From Candidatus Thalassarchaeaceae archaeon (lineage in GTDB: Archaea > Thermoplasmatota > Poseidoniia > Poseidoniales > Thalassarchaeaceae): a stretch of DNA of 64,000 nucleotides. Numbering within the stretch: position 1 is the first letter of the stretch; each line of letters begins with the position of its first letter. Positions 52,501 through 60,140 of this stretch are shown here, in pieces. The notes below the pieces were generated by a model that was not told the DNA's origin, made no database searches, and was given only the letters and a program-made list of their open reading frames with translations. The position numbers and the translations under genes are program-made. The DNA lies in the NCBI GenBank assembly GCA_030749075.1, contig JASMKR010000009.1, positions 23,296-87,295 on the forward strand, in the 5' to 3' direction.

Positions 52501-54245
52501 TCGATTTCATTGGTGCCGTCATCGCGGTACATTGAGCCGTTCAACTCGTGCAGGTCGGCATCGTTGTCCAAGTCGCAGTCAGGATCGATGTCCAACCAAT
52601 CGAGGATGCCATCGTTGTCGTCGTCGACGTCTACCCAGTTGTTGATGCCATCACCGTCCCAGTCGTTGAAGCCGGTGTACGACTTCCTCCACAGGAAGCA
52701 GTTGTCGCTCGGATCTGTCGGATTGGGGTTGTCGATGCTGGGGCAGTCCCAAGTTACGACCTCGGCCGTCGAATTCAGGGGGAAGGGGTCCGCTTCATTC
52801 TCGATCCCGTCGTTGTCGAGGTCCCAAGGGATATCGGAACTATCGATTGCCCAACGGGTTGGGTTGTCTGGGTATTCCACTCCCCCCATATCGGTGTCCA
52901 ACCAGTCCCAGACCAAGTCGTAGTCCTGATCGATCGGCCTGAACTGGTCGTCGTCCAAATCGCCATCATAGTCAATCTCGCAGTCCGTGCCAGGGGTCTG
53001 GAATTCCAATGAAACGACGGGGTAATCGCCTTGTCCGTCGTTGTTTGTGTCAATTTGGTGGCAGGTATCTGGGATGCCATCGTTGTCGTCGTCGACGTCG
53101 TACATATCGGCAAGGCCGTCGTTGTCATCGTCCGTATCCGAGGAGTCGGGGGACCCATCGCCATCGTTGTCTGGATCAAGGAAGTTGGGGATTCCATCGC
53201 CATCGAGGTCGCCATCGTAGATCTTGGTGAAGCTCTGGTTCCTGGGGTGCTTAATCGCCTCTAGTGCTACGTAGTCCAATCCGTCGACATAATGCGAGTA
53301 ATCGGCAGTGGACAATAGCGCCCAGTCATCCCACATTATGCCCTCAGCGGTATCAATCCTGATTACGGGGTCGTCGTACCTCCAGGGGTGGATGTCGTCG
53401 ATGTCGTCTAGGCCATCGTTGTCGTCGTCTAGGTCGAAGTAGTCCGGTAGGCCGTCGGAGTCAAAGTCACATGGCCAGATGAATTGGTCGATGCGTCCGT
53501 CGTTGTCGTCGTCCTCATCGTAAGAGCCCCTTCCTGAGCCGTCAACGTCCTCATCGGTGACGCCGTCGTTGTCGTGATCCAAGGGGTTCTGATCGACCCT
53601 GTATCCGACTCCAACAGTATCGTCAGTCCATGGATGGACGGTGGACGGGTCGACGTATCGATCCATGCTGACGTTTCTGGGATCGGCCCCCTGCGTGTAG
53701 TCAACGGGTCCCTCGAGGATGCCGTCGTTGTCGTCATCCCAGTCGAACTCATCCAGAATGCCGTCGTTGTCGTGGTCTAGGGGGTCGGTCCCGTAACAGC
53801 CGTCGAACCGCTCGATTAGGTCGTTGATTCCGTCGTTGTCGTCGTCAAGATCGTTCAGGTCGTCGATTCCGTCGTTGTCGTGGTCGTCGGTGTTGGTCTC
53901 CTCAAGGAAGAATCCGTAGCTCGGATGGAGGCCGAGGGCTGAGATGTCGGAAATCTTGCCGTAGTAGGACGCTGGATCATGGTAGAACGGATCTTGGAAC
54001 GCCGCCTCCTGGAAGGGGTTGGTTGCCGCCGGTTGGTTCTGGTTGGCCCCTTGAGCCGGGCCCGAGAGCTGATTGAGCTGCTGATAGGCGGTTCTCTTGG
54101 GAACTGCGTCGAGGCCGGTCTCTGTGGGGCCTTCGTCATCCCCCCCCATGAGCACAAGCAGCTGGGTGCTGAGCATCATCAAAGCGACCATGAAAATCGC
54201 TGGCAGTAATCCCTGTGTTCCATTGCTCGTGTATCGTATAGGCAT
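46506..54245 (-). CDS. Giant (~2580 aa) type-I surface protein: signal/TM, long thrombospondin-type-3 (Ca-binding DxDxDG) repeat region, ~1150-aa beta-rich ectodomain, TM helix, DUF4129-like cytoplasmic tail
   Basis: One uninterrupted frame. Dozens of D-x-D-N-D-G-(I/V)-x-D motifs (DHDNDGIDD, DDDNDGINDL, DHDNDGILDEFDWDDDNDGILEG ...). TM helix VLVISGIASSALLLVSAIMY. The tail has TTREFEDVINNML ... LFFSLFEEARYSDHEIGSGQRDRAIQVFQSI. Start trimmed from TTG 54284 to ATG 54245. Confidence 0.85.
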   Translation of the reverse strand: MPIRYTSNGTQGLLPAIFMVALMMLSTQLLVLMGGDDEGPTETGLDAVPKRTAYQQLNQLSGPAQGANQNQPAATNPFQEAAFQDPFYHDPASYYGKISDISALGLHPSYGFFLEETNTDDHDNDGIDDLNDLDDDNDGINDLIERFDGCYGTDPLDHDNDGILDEFDWDDDNDGILEGPVDYTQGADPRNVSMDRYVDPSTVHPWTDDTVGVGYRVDQNPLDHDNDGVTDEDVDGSGRGSYDEDDDNDGRIDQFIWPCDFDSDGLPDYFDLDDDNDGLDDIDDIHPWRYDDPVIRIDTAEGIMWDDWALLSTADYSHYVDGLDYVALEAIKHPRNQSFTKIYDGDLDGDGIPNFLDPDNDGDGSPDSSDTDDDNDGLADMYDVDDDNDGIPDTCHQIDTNNDGQGDYPVVSLEFQTPGTDCEIDYDGDLDDDQFRPIDQDYDLVWDWLDTDMGGVEYPDNPTRWAIDSSDIPWDLDNDGIENEADPFPLNSTAEVVTWDCPSIDNPNPTDPSDNCFLWRKSYTGFNDWDGDGINNWVDVDDDNDGILDWLDIDPDCDLDNDADLHELNGSMYRDDGTNEIDTDVDGDGLQNDEDWDDDNDGINDYYDPDDGNCGFVDTDNTDPFDGGWSYPQDDGEAIDGSEDGSQLRPYPNDVAYTYYWNMTWGFNPFNEENNFLLNFNGYSGDLSFPRINGKIPEFYWYLIMKWSPYNGNNFFDIDTDGDSLVNGIDVDQDADGLPDWWDQDEGNDGVLDVNDIKMGGTFDGNSCGTTLYNAIYGGQLIERDCGLNYAWLYGYPLMTPTWANQNLFTVPYSSRPDSEHEDGSYDGSNSQGQNDCDSNCFWFTFDPGSNPAPSAAVTYSEIKNNRDLWIAYVGLNRGLFSWNSDSNGNLFPDEVADRLDDFEDPDIDCGQPMPAFSFTPNCMFNNTNDLDDDWDIVYDHFDVDDDNDGVWDYFEVDSNDDLDDDAGIEEPYYFTGTNCEDEDDDGLDTDPDGDGWYQAVWDKGVLGQGLLFPEYYDVDNDNDGVPDGEDPDDDNNGLPDSVQEEYEECFVGEEQRTWDHDNDGILNWADDDWDGDGIPNSLELQFAVPMVSPWDHDNDGIRDDIDEDDDADGMKDEDEIMLWPSRFGSESTNPWDHDDFGEGFGIANPMNNTTGPDSIDMDDDSDGRLDLDWNDPSIGDQPNADNKFEEFDGGSSDWDSDNNGILDDDDKIFTRISLTTQPVLWLDQNRPAIFNGTVYMVDPDTGSFVPAPQLPVQVHIEYTRNMTSALETIDVLTDDIGRFIVGQFLFPEDLSVGANTTYSVYAEVTEMFLHNYSVSDKFPVEIRANTTVGFVAGQRFRSDEQPLKLDFKVHYTADYERGIFDNRLVHAPVSFTISGDPFGNITHPTVFDGYGYGYRADSGGWVSLSFVQTSGNQGIWKQVQWNSLLDNGPGVPTGGYEEIIWDNNSKRHTVLGPYTYTNTSLPVGDYSFIGFSRPDLGDEWPWPYLEGSKTDSFFIRSMHRMYVEAELIASSFRPVYFWDGTQFTGSSFGAWRALFHAPSLVNAGVEYAEASLGKPYPILWDGTPQGLADVAGGRLMPFLDSNGTHWTITMQNGADFDSPPCGPVNPLDPNSDIRCEIVPEMFTGETLRVVGSVWNRTLFPWAQDPLALQVDLDKNNVFAGSLETAFSRRPSMIEGEARFDYNWTWFSHYPAGTFGIKADFTMSDFYFTGNQSAVLAATGAYANVTVIGTTDFQLNNVPRLYRGQNTTVEARLIDNAYQPVREVPVNYNWSADGSSGIAITDNNGVFKVNLTIDDLHELGNFTLAFSYLGDTLRQGNSAEIHLWVVSRTYISIVSTTPNIRSSGDMWEFTAQVTDDNRTAFEKDLGQALSGCGELGGNVSVILEGIDFEDRTFRQIVQTLCPVAGTIHYEKILDPQLLRDDPFSFLPDGFGPVNVILRFEENLPHEGCEPLNIEMLTTSGAWDPCVTIQNSDHFRKVMQFQIDGFSLIGRTNLKVDDQIVYTSEIDPNTGQAIEKPMIVTGQLLDELGGNLSNRNIRVTYEMDTSEKGISACIPGITDENGFFEIICPLSGVEAGQAKVRVEFNSFENNDRYRYHNASVTKFFPVFSNSSVAISEVGPFRSDYITYTFPNGSTFEILYLKEAFHINAKLSQTNGKPIGGKCLNIYLDPAINTRPVATAITTDGTGEFEWYSADPDDNPSRRGVEPSGTKLEGFRTVRVAYEPDREIPGGCRAEANPVVNSSYTDIEILVRSKVDILLKEHWSSPVGYQDGDIIEGEVAILRDRLDLTVEGQRVDFFIQFWNGSGWETFRVDIVTTNERGSANFTLPYTATVVPGEGTEVEAVEGKWRILVHFQSIDANRPFFVEQYLNSTPIIYLGDPIVDARESFLTTQVLVISGIASSALLLVSAIMYQNYRERRKIEILRGILTDSLMSLKASNDYIETIFKCYKDLIKYFRSRGAMKKVFETTREFEDVINNMLGGVIPPEELDLFFSLFEEARYSDHEIGSGQRDRAIQVFQSIIGRMNNALGDSMLSRTAATDSRLYDSSTKAGQFVDSEGQVRFAGIDDSVDDEGFRI
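50600..53900 (-). repeat. Asp-rich thrombospondin-type-3-like coding repeat region of the giant gene (approximate bounds)
   Basis: The plus strand is dominated by gtcgtcgtc / gccgtcgttgtc strings (the reverse of GAC-GAC / GAC-AAC-GAC-GGC codons). The repeats are degenerate and in-frame, not spacer-separated. Confidence 0.7.
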
Positions 54246-54393
54246 TGTATCCCTGCTTCCTCTCTGGGAGAGTGCCTCGACCAAATCGGCCTACTTATCA
54301 ATGGATTCCTATCCTTGGTCCGAATCGTATCACATGGGCTCCAGAGTATCAAGAACGGGTGGTTTGTTCGAAAATGGTCCCTGTACGGAATCT

Positions 54394-54816
54394 CTATTCC
54401 CGATGATAGGGTGTGCCACGATTGATCTCGGACGCTCTGAATAGCTGCTCCATAAGAACTGCAGCGGCTAGTTCATGGGACAGGGTCATTGCAGAGAGTG
54501 CAATCAAGTAATCTGCACGTTCTTTCAAGGAATCGCTGAAGCCTTCGCTGGAACCCACAGCCAGATTGGTCGGGCCTCTATCGAGTTCAATGGAAGACAG
54601 CCATTTGGCGAGTTCTAGGCTCGTTTTCGTCTCACCGCTCTCGTCGAGCAGAACTAGCGAGCCGGGGAGATCTGTGAGCTCGCTCTCGTACCTCTTTGAG
54701 CCATGACGATCTGGATGAGTCTCCAAGCTGATTCCCCTGCTCCTGAGTCTTCTCGCGTAATCGCTGACGATTGCCGAGATGGACTTGTCCTTGGGTGACC
54801 CATGTAGATGGACCAT
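54394..54816 (-). CDS. rlmH: SPOUT-class rRNA methyltransferase, RlmH-like
   Basis: LVLLDESGETKTSLELAKWL ... LAVGSSEGFSDSLKERADYLIALSAMTLSHELAAAVLMEQLFRA ... GTPYH. Start trimmed to ATG 54816. Confidence 0.8.
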   Translation of the reverse strand: MVHLHGSPKDKSISAIVSDYARRLRSRGISLETHPDRHGSKRYESELTDLPGSLVLLDESGETKTSLELAKWLSSIELDRGPTNLAVGSSEGFSDSLKERADYLIALSAMTLSHELAAAVLMEQLFRASEINRGTPYHRE

Positions 54817-54905
54817 CACGCGCCCCACAATAGCTCGTGGCGAACTCTCCACTTAGCGGTTCGCAAACCATCAAGACGGTCGGCTCCGGCGTTTGCTTGA
54901 GAATC

Positions 54906-55229
54906 ATGGGCTGGTGGCCGTTCAAGCGCAGGACTGGAGCATTCGACAACGAGCCCCACATTCGTGGATCGAGGTTGTGGATCCAAGATCTGCGCGAGAT
55001 CTGCGAACTGTGCTTCGACAACCGTGCTGAGGGACAGAGAAGAATTAGGCAGATGCAGGTCGAATGGCAGGATGCGAATGCTAAGGGCGAGGTCGATGAC
55101 GCACTGCTGCAAGGTCTCGACAGGCGTGCGTTCAGGCTTCTGAGGGCTGATGACTCGGAATGGTTGGAGTGGTTGGACGATGAGAGTTTCTGGAAGCCCG
55201 GTTGGGGTAGCGGCGAGGCTGCGGAGTGA
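54906..55229 (+). CDS. Hypothetical small acidic Trp-rich protein
   Basis: 107-aa frame with GC3-rich, coding-like codons (MGWWPFKRRTGAF ... DDSEWLEWLDDESFWKPGW). It stops 4 nt before the next plus-strand gene. A competing 153-aa minus-strand ORF (54816-55277) covers the same DNA, so the call is tentative. Confidence 0.35.
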   Translation: MGWWPFKRRTGAFDNEPHIRGSRLWIQDLREICELCFDNRAEGQRRIRQMQVEWQDANAKGEVDDALLQGLDRRAFRLLRADDSEWLEWLDDESFWKPGWGSGEAAE

Positions 55230-55233
55230 GGAG

Positions 55234-55932
55234 ATGCTGTTCTGGATCGGGCTCTTCTTGGTTGTGGGATCGGCCACCTACTACCTAAGCAGGCTACAGC
55301 CGTTCCCTGAGATCAGCGGTAGGTTCGCGGGGCTCGTCCTCGTACTCACGTTAATCCTATGGATTTCTAGTACGAGCCCCCGACAGGGCTCTGACCAGTT
55401 CCCCGCGGTGCTCTCAGTCGTTGTCGGAGGAGCGGCCGTAGTTCTAGGTGTGCGGAACATGGGGGTCACTAAGCAAGACGTGATTTTGGCCCCCCTTGGC
55501 GGGGTGCTATTCTGCGTGGGAGGAATTTCTCTATTATCTGGTCGTTGGGAAGATGCCGGGCAAACCGAGCAGATTGGATCTTTCATCCTAGCTAGCGCCC
55601 TCGTAATGCTCGAGATTTACCTAGTGTTCCGGGGACTTGTAATCGGGGTGCCCGGAATCACTTGGTCGAAATCAGGGCTGAGGCAGATTCACCGAGGTTT
55701 GATTCATGGGCCGAACGGTGCCATCTCACACTTCAAGCGCTCCTGGGATATGGAGGAGCCATGGATCAATTCGATGAGCCACGCTGCATTGGTGCTGATA
55801 CATAGAAAACATGGAGACGAGGATGGGGAGAGGGCCCACCTCAGGGAGCTTGAGAAGGAAGGAGGATGGGATTCGGTAGATTCCTCATGGACGGAAGCCA
55901 TCGAGTCGGCCCTATCCAAACTCACCCTTTGA
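55234..55932 (+). CDS. Hypothetical membrane protein (about 5 TM helices plus ~80-aa soluble C-terminal domain)
   Basis: MLFWIGLFLVVGSATYYLS and four further hydrophobic segments, then a charged tail (HRKHGDEDGERAHLRELEKEGGWDS). No family recognised. Confidence 0.55.
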   Translation: MLFWIGLFLVVGSATYYLSRLQPFPEISGRFAGLVLVLTLILWISSTSPRQGSDQFPAVLSVVVGGAAVVLGVRNMGVTKQDVILAPLGGVLFCVGGISLLSGRWEDAGQTEQIGSFILASALVMLEIYLVFRGLVIGVPGITWSKSGLRQIHRGLIHGPNGAISHFKRSWDMEEPWINSMSHAALVLIHRKHGDEDGERAHLRELEKEGGWDSVDSSWTEAIESALSKLTL

Positions 55933-55976
55933 TGCCCTGAGTACGGTTGAAAGCGTCTAACCCCTCGCAGCCATCG

Positions 55977-56585
55977 ATGGTCCGAATCAACAGGGTCCAT
56001 ACCGGGACCGGTGATGATGGGGAAACTTCGTTGTTGGATGGGTCGAGGGTCGGCAAGCAGGATGGCAGGGTCGAGCTTTTCGGCACTATTGACGAGTTGA
56101 ACTCACAGATTGGAGTCGTCAGGATGGAAATTTCCCGCTCTGAGTTACTGCAATCTGGCCATGGCAACTCTGCGGACGAGGCTCTGGATCGGGTGCAACA
56201 GGAGTTGTTCGATATCGGCGGGGAATGCTCGTGCCCGCCTGAATCGATTCCCGAGAACGTGTCTCTTGTAGGGGGTGAACAGCCTGACCGCCTCGTCGCC
56301 GAGATGGACGGCTGGATGGGTGATCTTGAGCCCCTGGAGTCGTTCATTCTGCCAACGGGCTCAGCACCGGTGGCAGTGATGCACGTTGCTAGGACGGTAG
56401 CGAGAAGAGCGGAGAGGGGAGCCTGCCTGCTGCGTGAGAATGAGGGAGAAGGTGCTGTGCGACCCGAGGTGATGGCATATCTCAACCGACTATCCGACTG
56501 GTTATTCGTCCTCGCAAGATGGGTTGCGCATTGCACCGGCGAGAATGAGGCTCTTTGGACCCCACTGGGCGAGCGCGAGTCCTGA
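55977..56585 (+). CDS. pduO: ATP:cob(I)alamin adenosyltransferase, PduO/MMAB type
   Basis: MVRINRVHTGTGDDGETSLLDGSRVGKQDGRVELFGTIDELNSQIG ... FILPTGS ... ARTVARRAER ... YLNRLSDWLFVLAR. Confidence 0.85.
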   Translation: MVRINRVHTGTGDDGETSLLDGSRVGKQDGRVELFGTIDELNSQIGVVRMEISRSELLQSGHGNSADEALDRVQQELFDIGGECSCPPESIPENVSLVGGEQPDRLVAEMDGWMGDLEPLESFILPTGSAPVAVMHVARTVARRAERGACLLRENEGEGAVRPEVMAYLNRLSDWLFVLARWVAHCTGENEALWTPLGERES

Positions 56586-56591
56586 GTCGGA

Positions 56592-57002
56592 CTATGCGCG
56601 TCCGGTGCTCCTCAGGTGCTCACGGGCAGAGCGGAGGAGTTCCTTCTCCTGCTCGAAGGTGATTTGCTGTTCGGCTTGTTCGAAATCGAGCCATAGGTAG
56701 TTCGTGTGCTCGTGGGACAGGGAGACGTCGAGTTGATCTGTCTCCGCGAGATACCAGAAGACCTGCTTGGGAGTCTTCCTGCCCTTCTTCGAGAAGGTGT
56801 ACTGCGTCCTCTGATTCCAGCCCCCGACTATCGTGACTAGGGTTATTCCCGTTTCCTCGGTTAACTCCCTGACTGCAGTGGACTGGTGATTGGAATCGCC
56901 CTCTTCGACGTGGCCCTTTGGGAAGCTCCAGTGACCTTGGGGGTACTGCAGAAGCAGGACGCTGTCGAAGTTGACGAGGACGAAGCCGCAGGATGTCTCC
57001 AT
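56592..57002 (-). CDS. NUDIX hydrolase (Ap4A-hydrolase-like)
   Basis: Nudix box GHWSFPKGHVEEGDSNHQSTAVRELTEETGI. Start trimmed to ATG 57002. Confidence 0.8.
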   Translation of the reverse strand: METSCGFVLVNFDSVLLLQYPQGHWSFPKGHVEEGDSNHQSTAVRELTEETGITLVTIVGGWNQRTQYTFSKKGRKTPKQVFWYLAETDQLDVSLSHEHTNYLWLDFEQAEQQITFEQEKELLRSAREHLRSTGRA

Positions 57003-57121
57003 ACTCCCTTCGGCCTCGTCGCTCACAACCTGAGTGTGCTGCGCCCACGGATGAAAACCTTGCGTGGATAGGGTACCTTGTAGCGAAACCACCATTGAGG
57101 GGAGGCTTGGGCTCCATTGGG

Positions 57122-58135
57122 ATGGCCACCTCCCCGCTCGATCTAGAAATACGTCGCATTGTCACCGACAGCGATCTAGATGGGGTAGTAACAGCAGCGA
57201 TTCTGCGCCGATGGTGGCCAGGAGCCGAGGTGATCTTCGGTCACCCGGGGGAATTGCGGGCTGGACTACTCGACGGACAGATGGACAGGAATACGGCAGT
57301 CTGTGATCTTCCACGACATCCCGACTGTGGTCTGAGCATTGATCACCATCAGACTAACGAGCCCTCTGAGGATGATGAGTCCGGTCCTGTAGTCGTCTGG
57401 CGTAACACTCCTTCGGCTGCTAGGATCGCCTACGAATTGGTGTCCGAAAGAGTGGATTTGTCTGATCTAGATGACCTCTTGATGTGGGTGGACAAACTAG
57501 ATGGCGGCCGAGTCACTAGGGAGGAATATCTCTCAGACCATCCGGCAGTCTGGTTAGGTCGTGTAATCGATGTTGGAGAGGGGACTGCAATGAGAGTTCT
57601 CGAGTCGTTGCAAGGGGGGGAAGACATCAGGAAGATTCTCTCTGATTCCGATATCGCTCCGAGGGTCGCGGAGCGCAGGGACCAACGCGTAGCCCTCACA
57701 CAAGTGATTCTAGAGCGTGTGTACGTGGAAGATAGGCTGGCTATCGCTCGTCTCGAGGATATTGGCATGCGCTCGAACGGTTATCACGTAACTGCACTCG
57801 TGGGTGACGCGTGTGATGCCTGTGTAATCATTCACGGCAACGTCGGAGCGGTTTTCGGAGAGGAGAGGGGATACCCCGTATCGGCCTCGTTCTATACGAA
57901 CTCCTTCCTTCATCCCGATGGAGGGATATACGACCTCACTCGCCTAGCTACCCGCTTCGACCCAGATGGGGGGGGTCACGCCAACGCCTGCGGTTGCAGA
58001 ATCCAGCCATTGAAGGATAGGAGGGTAGAGAAGAGGGGGGTGGTCGATTCTGATATAGAGGCCAATCTAGCTGCTTGGCTAGGAATTTGGGCCGAAAGGC
58101 GCTCACAGAATGGTCAGCAAATAGAGGAATCCTAG
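57122..58135 (+). CDS. DHH/DHHA1-family phosphoesterase (nanoRNase / pAp-phosphatase-like)
   Basis: IVTDSDLDGVVTAAIL, SIDHHQTN (DHH), and the DHHA1 motif GGGHANACGCR near the C-terminus. Start trimmed to ATG 57122. Confidence 0.7.
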   Translation: MATSPLDLEIRRIVTDSDLDGVVTAAILRRWWPGAEVIFGHPGELRAGLLDGQMDRNTAVCDLPRHPDCGLSIDHHQTNEPSEDDESGPVVVWRNTPSAARIAYELVSERVDLSDLDDLLMWVDKLDGGRVTREEYLSDHPAVWLGRVIDVGEGTAMRVLESLQGGEDIRKILSDSDIAPRVAERRDQRVALTQVILERVYVEDRLAIARLEDIGMRSNGYHVTALVGDACDACVIIHGNVGAVFGEERGYPVSASFYTNSFLHPDGGIYDLTRLATRFDPDGGGHANACGCRIQPLKDRRVEKRGVVDSDIEANLAAWLGIWAERRSQNGQQIEES

Positions 58136-58570
58136 AAATGCATGAATCACGACTAGCGCGGCCATCAAGTCGCTGAACTTGCTATGCAGCTCCCTCTCTC
58201 TGGCGAATGGCTCGCCCGCGGCCTTCGCATCTCGGGTCTTCCGCCCAAGCCGCCAGAGAACTAGCATTAGCATTAGCCCCAGAAGACCAGACCAACCGTG
58301 GAAGTGCCCGGGTAGCAAGTACGAGGTTGCATCGTTGGTATCAATTAGTCCTCGGATTGCATTAGAACCGAAGGCCAATGCGACTATGCAAAGTGTTGCT
58401 ACAGTAATTCTGTCACCCATCTGTTCGTGGCGCTCAACGGACGTCGTCGAGTCGTCTCCTTTGGGTGTGCGAGAGACGCGGCGCCATCGCCTCTGTCCGT
58501 AGAACAGCCAGATGAGAGATAGGGCTGCTAGGGGATGGACGAGGATAATGACGGTGCGAACCGGATCCAC
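58103..58570 (-). CDS. Hypothetical 4-TM membrane protein
   Basis: 155 aa with four hydrophobic helices (VIILVHPLAALSLIWLFY ... MAALVVIHAFLGFLYLLTIL). Lies 39 nt downstream of the NMO gene on the same strand. GTG start. Confidence 0.5.
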   Translation of the reverse strand: MDPVRTVIILVHPLAALSLIWLFYGQRRWRRVSRTPKGDDSTTSVERHEQMGDRITVATLCIVALAFGSNAIRGLIDTNDATSYLLPGHFHGWSGLLGLMLMLVLWRLGRKTRDAKAAGEPFARERELHSKFSDLMAALVVIHAFLGFLYLLTIL

Positions 58571-58609
58571 GCTGCATGGCGGGGTCGGTCTGACTTAGTA
58601 ATCGCCCTA

Positions 58610-59614
58610 TCACCGGCTATAGGATTTGGTTGAGGTCGCCTCGCCAAGGCGCCGCATTATGATAGTGGCCGACTCGATACTGCGCACGGTCTCGACGCTC
58701 TTACCCGCGGACCACAGATCCTTTGATGACTTCTTCTTGCCTCTCGCGAGAGCTCGCATCCTCCAGAATGACATGGCAGTTATCAATACCCTAGTACGAT
58801 GTTTGAACCTGCTATTCAGTAGGCGTCTGATTAGCCAGTTATTGTGCTGCTTGTGGCCCTCGCTGCTGATTACAGCGATTGGGACCCCAGTCAGTTTAGT
58901 AGTCCATGTGATATCGTCCTCACCAGCCTCCACGATGGCATCCTTGTAGTCCTGAGGGGTGGTGCATTCCGAGGTCGCGATGAAACGGGTTCCCATCTGA
59001 ACTCCATCGTATCCAATTTCAAGCGCCCTGCTTAGTTCAACCTCGCTCCCGATTCCACCCGCGCAAATCAGGGGTAGGTCCATGTCGTGCAGTTCCCGGT
59101 ACATCTCTTCCATGGTACTGTCACCCAAGTGTCCCCCGGCTCGGTTGTTTACACAGATTAGCCCGTCGACGCCGCACTCCTTGCCCTTCTCAGCCCATTT
59201 GCGATTGGTGACATCGTGGTAGACGACCCCGTCGTAGGCGTGAACCTTCTCACAGACCCGATCCGGCTTACCAAGAGAGGTTACGAAGAATCGAATACCC
59301 TCTTCGAGGGCAATATCAATCCACCGTGACATTCTCTCAAAGTAAATCTTGCTTCCCTTCTCGATTAGGGCGTTGAACCCAATAGGCTTGTCAGAAATTG
59401 ACCTAATGTACCTGATTCCATTCCTTAACCCGTCGTATACGTTGGGGTTGTTGTAGCCGTGGACCATGGTCAGAGATACTGGTTGTATGATAGCAAGTCC
59501 GCCCCCCTCTGCTGCTGCTGCCACTAGTTCCGGATTGGAGCATGGGTACATCGCACCGCAGATGATTGGGTACTCCACCCCAGCATGCTCGGTAAGCCGG
59601 TTGTGGGTTGCCAT
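58610..59614 (-). CDS. Nitronate monooxygenase / FabK-like FMN-dependent enoyl reductase family protein
   Basis: YPIICGAMYPCSNPELVAAAAEGGGLAIIQ ... ICAGGIGS ... GYDGVQMGTRFIAT. Start trimmed to ATG 59614. Confidence 0.8.
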   Translation of the reverse strand: MATHNRLTEHAGVEYPIICGAMYPCSNPELVAAAAEGGGLAIIQPVSLTMVHGYNNPNVYDGLRNGIRYIRSISDKPIGFNALIEKGSKIYFERMSRWIDIALEEGIRFFVTSLGKPDRVCEKVHAYDGVVYHDVTNRKWAEKGKECGVDGLICVNNRAGGHLGDSTMEEMYRELHDMDLPLICAGGIGSEVELSRALEIGYDGVQMGTRFIATSECTTPQDYKDAIVEAGEDDITWTTKLTGVPIAVISSEGHKQHNNWLIRRLLNSRFKHRTRVLITAMSFWRMRALARGKKKSSKDLWSAGKSVETVRSIESATIIMRRLGEATSTKSYSR

Positions 59615-59618
59615 GGAA

Positions 59619-60119
59619 TCACCTGTCCTGCAATACTCGGAAATTCCACTTGAAGACCCATTCGGACACAACGTCCCCCGAAGAGTCGTGGCCTATCGAT
59701 TTGAGATTGCAATTTACCGATTCCCCCGTAGCTAGGCTCTCCTCGATCGCCTTGCGGGTCATTTCGACGTCCTCGCAGATGAAGGTGACCTTTCCCTTCG
59801 CGCGTTTGGTGAATGTGCCCTCGACGCCGACGACGAACATCCTCAGCTTCTCCGGCATCGACCTAGACATAGCGAAGGGAGCTGCCCCGGTGGCGAGTTC
59901 TGCCCCCATTCCCTGAACTGCCCAATACATCGTTCGAAAGGGATTCTGGGTCCGCCAACCTCCAGGAAGAGCAGTGACGCAGGTGGTTCTGTCGATTCGA
60001 TTGATCCTGAGTCCAACGAAGGCAGCGGCGGGCATGGACAGGGAGGTGAAAAGTCGGAATCTCATGCGTCGTTTGAGTCCTTTGAGCTCAGAAACGAGCT
60101 TTGCATCGTCAATCGGCAT
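59619..60119 (-). CDS. DUF4442-like hotdog-fold (thioesterase-like) protein
   Basis: 166 aa. The pattern MPAAAFVGLRINRID ... TALPGGWRTQNPFRTMYWAVQGMGAELATG resembles DUF4442. Embedded in the acyl-CoA operon. Confidence 0.5.
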   Translation of the reverse strand: MPIDDAKLVSELKGLKRRMRFRLFTSLSMPAAAFVGLRINRIDRTTCVTALPGGWRTQNPFRTMYWAVQGMGAELATGAAPFAMSRSMPEKLRMFVVGVEGTFTKRAKGKVTFICEDVEMTRKAIEESLATGESVNCNLKSIGHDSSGDVVSEWVFKWNFRVLQDR

Positions 60120-60140
60120 CCCACGGGCTCCCGGTCCGTG

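Noticed and set aside
50600-53900. Highly repetitive gtcgtcgtc-type DNA as a possible CRISPR or satellite array
   Set aside because: The repeats are degenerate, in-frame Asp/Asn/Gly codons of a continuous 7.7-kb ORF (TSP3-like motifs). There is no unique-spacer architecture and no cas genes. No CRISPR array was seen anywhere in the window.
54816-55277. 153-aa minus-strand ORF between rlmH and the membrane-protein gene
   Set aside because: It would overlap the trimmed rlmH start only marginally, but its product is Pro/Ser/Leu-rich with no motifs. The plus-strand frame looks more coding-like and is positioned for coupling to the downstream gene. This remains unresolved and I reported it as ambiguous.
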